A model generated the notes under the pieces. The model did no database searches. It was not told where the DNA came from and saw nothing but the letters and a program-made list of their open reading frames with translations. From Octopus vulgaris (lineage: Eukaryota), in assembly GCA_951406725.2 (NCBI GenBank), contig OX597818.1:72664001-72728000 (forward strand): 64,000 nt of DNA, given 5' to 3'. This document shows positions 56,968 through 64,000 of the stretch, in pieces; positions within the stretch are counted from its first letter, which is position 1, and each line of letters begins with the position of its first letter. Position numbers and translations under genes: made by a program.

Positions 56968-59900
56968 TACATACATATATATATATTGTGTGCTTCTGCT
57001 ATTGGTAGGATCAACAAAAAAGTATTCCATCCAGCAAGAGATAAATATCTGTGGACGCCCCCAGGCTATGAAGTAGACTAGCCCAATATGTAGATATAGA
57101 GGGAGGAGACTAGAACAGTTGAGCACAGCTGAGAGTAGTAGAGAGAGTCGAGTTGAGTAGTAGAGTCATCCGAACGTGCGACATAACAGTATGTATGGAG
57201 GTATATGTGTATATACATACATACGAGAGTATGTAGTTTGCATTCTAGAGAGTATTTAGAAAGGAAGAAAAGAAGAGGAAAATCTGCATGACAGCCACAA
57301 TTATAGACTGAAATCCTAACTACATATATTAAAGGAAATCTGCTCCAAATGCAGTACTCTACAAGACCCGAAAGAGAGGAATATGGCAACCTAGGAATGG
57401 TGGTGCTAAGGAGGGTGGTGGTGCTACTAGATAAATATAAGTGCATGACCATCATGTTATTTTCGAAAACAGAAAATATTAATGATGCAGCCAATAATGC
57501 AAACTGTGTAACCCAACCTTTGTATTCAGTTTTTGACACCTAGTCCTTAAAAAATCTCATTATACTCACAGAGAGGATCGAGTTAGCAAATATATGACAA
57601 ATATGTGACATAAAAAAACGTAAAAATATTTGAAGAACATACAGGCCAAAGTACGTGACAGCAATTTCACTATAATCAACTGTGATTTACTAATCTAGTA
57701 TGACGTCAAGGTGAAGCCTTTATATACACTTATCAATGACAATAAAGGGCATGTCCCTGATCTACGTCGCAGCAACTTCTGATGAATCATTTTGAGATGC
57801 TAATAATGTGGTATTGCATCATATAAACTATATCAAGTGCCATTGATTACGCTTTACTTTCGACCGGCAATCTTCCAAGATTTCAGTAATTCTATTCATA
57901 GGAACGATGATGTAATCCTATCAGGTGTCTGAACTAAAAGTTAGATGACAAGTAGTATAAAGTTGTGACTAATTGATTGATAATTAAGTAGTGAACCAAG
58001 GGGTTCAGAGAAAGATGGAGAAAGGAAAATCAAACAAAGAGGGATTTTTACAGTAATTATAAAAGAATTGAGAGTCTCAATGCGAACAATCCTAATAGTA
58101 GATGTAGTATTTCAATGTGTAATAATGACAAATGTAACAGAAAACTAATGAAGAATTTATACAGGATTTATTGAAGCAAAATAAATTCATTAGCAAAGAA
58201 AGAAGAATGAAGAGAACAAAGAAGGAAAAGTAGAATTCTATATAGCACAGATCATAATTGAAAGAAAAATTATTAGAAAAGAGTGGAAGAAAGTAGATTA
58301 AGAAACTTAGTAAAGAATATTAGGTGAATGTGAAGTGTGATTGGAATAAAGGATTTTGGAAAAGTTCAGGCTGATATAAAATTCAATATGACAATGATAT
58401 TTCTGTAGAAATCACCAAAAATAAGGTCAAAAACACTAGAAATAAATTATCTCGCAGAAATTGTAGTAACTTAATTGAAAATAAAACAAAGACAAGACAA
58501 CATAATGATACCGAGGGAAGGGGAGAGAGAGGAAAATTAATGAGAATCATTCTAGATTTCATGAATGATTAATCAATTTAGCCAATGTGAAATATCAGAG
58601 CAAACGGTCTGGGATATTATCAAGATAGTATGTCTCTTTATACAATTATATTGTAGAAGTGTCAGAGTCGTAGGCGCATGACAAAACGTGTTCACACTTC
58701 ATAGGGTATTGCAATATGAGTAAAAAAATGAATACTGTAACAGCTGCGTGTTTTTGATGAATCTACTGTGATATTAATGTTTCAGGGTCAACAGATGATC
58801 TCATATTAAATCAGTTGCCACACGCCTTTACCACTAGTATCTCCATATCATACAATGATTGAAAAGTGTCATTTAGAACAATGTTAAATGGTGCCAGGAA
58901 TACAGCACTTAGTTGGTAGATCTAATTTGTGTCGGGTTAATCCCCACGGTCTGAAACTTGGTGCCTTTAGTGGAGTGGATTCCATTGCATACACCAGATC
59001 CCCAGTTTGCAAACAATTTGATATCCACGCAAAATCATTCAGTTTGCAACAGCCTATAATCCTTAATTTAATCTCTGACCCCAGTCAACAAAATCTCAGA
59101 TGCCTTGGAAATTTCATAAGTGCAGTTGTACCCTCTCTGATTCTCGGTCATTCAAGGAATTGATTGAGAATCAGGAAATAATGGAGATGTGTAAATCTGT
59201 ACTTTGGCGAAGAATATCAAAACCATGAATGTCGGTAGTAGGAATAAATCAATCAAGTGAAGATAATGATAAACTAGAACATATCAAACGTACAAGGTGG
59301 AAAATAACATCTGAAAATAGTATTATAAATGTTAATAAATCAGGACAAACTGTATGGCGTGAGAATTCAATATCAATATAGAATACCAAGCCTGAAAATG
59401 TCTGGGTCACACTTAGAACATAATTTTAGATTGACAAAAAGTCACAATCCTTCATTTATTATTGAAATGATGATATTCGGAAAGCTAAATATCGGTCGCC
59501 TCATGAATGAGAACAGCAAAATCTCACAGTATTCACGCAGTTAGAGATGACATGAATTATTAAAGAGAGAAATTGTTTCAAGAATGCTGTATTTATAGCC
59601 AGAGATGAAACCAGATTAAATATATATGATTCTGAGAATACATTACCATATCTCAGATGACAGGAAATAATATCGAATCACATACGAAGAAACATTGTTT
59701 AAACTGAAATTTAAGTAAACAGACCACATGGATTAACCATTTAGCGACGAAGTTCAAAATATTAAAAAAAAAAACCATCTTATGCTTAAGGATATTTGAA
59801 ATCCAAAGCTAAGAAATAATACTTGATAGAGGCTGTTACACATTCCAGCAAGAGAATAGGGTTCTATTGAGATTGAATAGCAATATATGCTTTGAAATCA

Positions 59901-60377
59901 GGAGATAAAAGGAGCATGGCAGTATGATCATGTTTAATCTATGAGTAAATGTTGGAGACAGTTTAGAATATAAGAGATGTTGTAAGTAGATTAAACTAAT
60001 ATATTTGCACTAATGATGAGTGGGGGCGTGTATATGAGCAGCTTCGTCAGTTGATTGAAAATACAGCGACATAGAAAAGAAAGTCAAAGTCAGAAAGGAA
60101 CCGATGTGAACAGATAAAAACAATTATAAAGTTTTCTTCTCCAGGTGTTTCAAAAGAAAGCATAGAAAGCAGAATATAAGTAATGGAATTGAGTAAAAAT
60201 CATAGGAAACAGGAATCCAAATTTCGGGTAAATAAAAATAAAGGATTAGAAGAAGACATAGTCAAATTAAATACAACAAAATCGTGAAACAGAGAAGGGG
60301 TAGGGGAATTTTATTTAAAAAGATCGAATGGTAGAAATTTAGTGTGAGAATATAGAAAAATAGAAGATTTGAATGGA

Positions 60378-60635
60378 ACTGTTGTGTTCTTGAGCAAGAC
60401 ACTTTATATCACGTTGCTCCAGTTTACTCAGCTGTAGAAATGAGTTGCGACGTCACAGGTGCCAAACTGTATCGGCCTTTTCCTTTCCCTTGGATAACAC
60501 TGGTGGCGTGGAGAGGGGAGGCCGGTATGCATGGGCGACTGCTTGTCTTCCACAAACAACATGGCCCGGACTTGTGCCTAGGAGGTTGACTTTCTAGGTG
60601 CACTCCCACTGTAAGTCATGACCGAAGGGGGTCAC
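60378..60635 (+). mobile_element. 5'-truncated SINE sharing a body domain with family C
   Basis: GTTGTGTTCTTGAGCAAGACACTTTATATCACGTTGCTCCAGTTTACTCAGCTG..AAATGAGT, followed by a different tail. Confidence 0.65.
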
Positions 60636-60939
60636 AACATTATTTTGTCCTTATAGGAAAGATAGTATATTTTCTAATGACCTTCCATCGTTAACGAATC
60701 GAAAAAAGGAGTGTAAATAAATATATAAATATTTTATAAACACTCTTACCTATCTTACATATTTGCGTTATACACACACACACACACACACACACAACAC
60801 ACACACACATATATATATATCAATATACCCAGAAGTACATGTTTGCACACACACATACACACATATATATACGCTCGCGCGCGAGCACACACACATATAT
60901 TTAGGAAAAATTCCAAACTCTCTATCAGCTAGATAGTGC

Positions 60940-61370
60940 TAAAATGCCGCAACAAAGATACTTTGGAAAAAAAGGAGCGTCAATCCGAGAGTCAAGTACT
61001 ATGCGTGATGTTGAGATTGATATGAACAACAATGCCTCATTTCACAGAAATATCCCCGAGATGCTGGCTGTGTGCAGGCAAATGGCCGGATGTATCTTTC
61101 AGATCTTTAAGAATAAGGGACCAGTAAACTATGTTGATTCTAGGATATTTGTCGTCCGCTGTCCAGATTGATAGTCTCAACTGTAATCACCACAAAGTGT
61201 CAAATTAATACCGGAACTTGAGTAAGTTCAGGCGTGATACTCTCGGGAAAACTGCATCGACAACCTGAAGTCCAAGGTCCCAGATGAACCTACAGAACGG
61301 CAAAAAACTGAAAAGTGAGATGTCGATCTCCCTCTTCAAAAGAATATGTATACTTAAAGAAGCATACAAG
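60940..61370 (+). pseudogene. CR1-group LINE post-RT fragment
   Basis: RDVEIDMNNNASF..RQMAGCIFQIF.., followed by SQL.SP..ELE.VQ-like remnants. Confidence 0.6.
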
Positions 61371-61503
61371 TACATAAAGACGTACAAACACGCATGCATA
61401 TTAAATATATATATGTTTTTTCAACTAAATCACAATAAGAAAATATATATATGTATATATATATGTATATATATATGTAATATATAGCAATCTATATTCG
61501 GTG

Positions 61504-61552
<49 letters not shown>

Positions 61553-61554
61553 TG

Positions 61555-61611
<57 letters not shown>

Positions 61612-62572
61612 GCCATTTTCGCATGAATATTATACGTTTTCAACATACTCCATTATAATTTTTAGCAAATATTTTATCAGAACTAGAAACTGACAGAATT
61701 ACATGCTGCTATTTCTGTAGCAGAATGAACTTAGAGACGAAATAACCCAACTATAATCTGGATTGGTAGGAGAGAATAACAGTGTGGTCATGAGATGGCA
61801 ATATAGCTACAAAGTTTATTTATCTCCTTATCACCATCAAAAGATCTAATGCAGCTAGTATACTACGTCCACTAAGAGTTAAAACCACTGGGAATTGACA
61901 GTTAAGTTCTATCTGCTGATAAATTCATTAATGTCAGATACTCTCCTAAACCCCTAATTTACTATGGCCATAAATTCCCTATGATCACATAAAGAAACAA
62001 ATCCCAGAAGTCAGTAAGATAATGGAAAATGCCCAGAAAAGGGAGGGTGGGGTGACATATTATCAGTTAAAGTGGTCTAAAATAGAAAACAAAGGACATC
62101 ACAATGAGATCTAAATGGACATTAAGTGTACGGGGCAATGAATGACAAAATTAATATAGTGTTATTCAATTTTGTATAATAGAAACTAAATTTTTAAACA
62201 TTTAGAAAGGGATATGAGGACCAGATTAGATATGAAGGATATATAAAAAGGATATATAAACCAGTTTAAGCCCTAAAAAAGTAGATTACATTTATATAAA
62301 ATAGAAGCTTCATAATACTTCATCCTAGCGAACTTTAAGCTGGTCATGTTGAAACCATTTAAGCAATGAGCCCAGATTCCATTCAGAATTCATCCGAGAA
62401 AGAGGTAGACATTATCTATTGACTGAAAATCAAGGATCAAAGATGAAAAAATGAGATCATTGTTTCTATGCCAGATAAAATTATTTAAAAAATATGATTG
62501 TATAAAAATTCCAGCATTTAAGAAATATCCTAAAGGATGTAAGGATATAAGGAAATATAAAAAAATATGGCC

Positions 62573-62620
<48 letters not shown>

Positions 62621-63376
62621 ATTCTAGCACACGATCTCAGATCAAGTCACTCGCTATGCAAGTACATCTCCGTAATATATATATACGCAAAAATATCATA
62701 TATGTATATATGTATATATGAAGAATATATTATAATTACAAAATGTAATTATAAATAACTAAAAAATATACATGTAACTACCATACTGTATTATATCTTA
62801 CCTTGCTTAACTGCAGAGAAACGTTACAACCCCTCTGCAAATCATAGAATGTTACAGTATATACGATTTTAAATAGGTATACAAAATGCAAAATTCAATA
62901 ATATAATATACGGTGATTACACCGTTTTTCCTTCAATTCCAAGATTTCCGCCCTATCAGTCAGAATAGGTATAACTAGGATGTGATATCAGATAGCACGC
63001 CTCCGTCAGGAATGCTCAATACCCACTAGGAACAATATAATTCTACATACAACTATGCTTGCGATACTATATTTTATAAAACCACATCCAATAGTATTCT
63101 CATCTTACTTTATTTCTTAATTTACTTTGTTTGGTAAACCGCGACCTATTCTTATTATTATTTTATTTTATTATTTTCTTTTTTTAATTTTTTCTTACTA
63201 TTCTTATTTCTATTTTTGTCTTTTTTCTCTCCTTATATCCAGTGTGCTTCTTATGGCTTCGACAGTGAAAAGAGTTTTTGACCTTATATTCATTATTTAT
63301 GTCTGTTTTATCATTTCATAAATGCCTTATATACACACACACACACACACATATATATGTATACATACATATATAT

Positions 63377-64000
63377 ATAGGCCATTCGACTCACTAAAAC
63401 GAGCAGCCAAACTCAAACCGCTAAATAGTAGTAATTCAGAAATCAAAGGAAAATTAAAAACATTTACCCTTATCATCTTTGGACTATGCATAGTTTCGAC
63501 GTACATTTTGGCAAACCAGCTTAATTAAATTAAATTTAATTTAATTAAATCAATTTACCACTGGCCCGTCTCATCGGCAAAGAAGCCAGGGGGAATATAT
63601 ATTCCACGAGGCAACAGCATCGATGCCGTTTTAATTTTAATTTTAGGCCATTTTAATTTTCCTTTGATTTCTGAATTACTACTATTTAGCGGTTTGAGTT
63701 TGGCTGCTCGTTTTAGTGAGTCGAATGGCCTATCAAGGCCATTCCTTAATATTATTGTTGAATGTACATTATATAGTCTGTTGACTATTTTTTTTTCTCA
63801 CTAGACCGCTGGTGGCGAAAAAGTTTCTCTTGAATTTTTGCTACCCTGATATTGATTAATTAATGAATATTTGGCTAATTCTGAAATTAAATCAGCAGTT
63901 TATATTTGCTGCTGATAAGTTGGCGCGATGACGGTAGATTTTGAAAGTTTAGAGTATATATTCCCGAGGCATCGATGCTGTTGCCTCGTGGAATATATAT
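63377..64000. mobile_element. Inverted insertion of a circularly permuted hammerhead element of about 485 nt (reaches window edge)
   Basis: Interleaved inverted repeats 63377-63459/63651-63733 and 63595-63627/63968-64000; starts at (TA)n. Confidence 0.8.
63477..63582 (-). ncRNA. Type I hammerhead ribozyme (CCGA core variant, long stem II insert)
   Basis: CTTTG-CCGATGA-GACG..CGTC-GAAA-CTATGCATAG-TC/CAAAG; palindromic stem III ACTATGCATAGT, GUC site. Confidence 0.85.

Noticed and set aside
57050-57298. Possible solo LTR (TGT...ACA)
   Set aside because: No matching TSD, PBS or second copy in the window.
57600-60350. Purine-rich stretch resembling an old L1-like element (also 61700-62560)
   Set aside because: No diagnostic motif could be read with confidence; it needs a profile search.

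Overview
AT-rich, microsatellite-dense eukaryotic intergenic or intronic DNA. The repeat content suggests an octopod cephalopod (Octopus-like), which is an inference. No recognisable intact host gene is present, and almost all ORFs in the supplied track are microsatellite artefacts. The window is mostly mobile DNA: several tRNA-headed SINE families, R4/Dong-clade LINEs in (AAT)n tracts (one about 4.5 kb and decayed), a Tx1/L1-clade LINE 3' end in (TATC)n, CR1-group fragments, two Penelope-like elements (RT plus GIY-YIG), three mariners (one full length, DD34D) and a non-autonomous Helitron. The main unexplained signal is more than a dozen hammerhead-ribozyme (HHR) motifs in unrelated short non-coding elements. 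Most sit in or beside (TA)n tracts and several share a tail-out inverted geometry. Two insertions reconstruct as circularly permuted monomers (about 171 and 485 nt) and one forms a tandem array of about 566-nt units. This points to a diverse retrozyme-like circular-RNA system probably mobilised by Penelope-like elements. All alignments and folds were done by eye, and boundaries of decayed elements are approximate.
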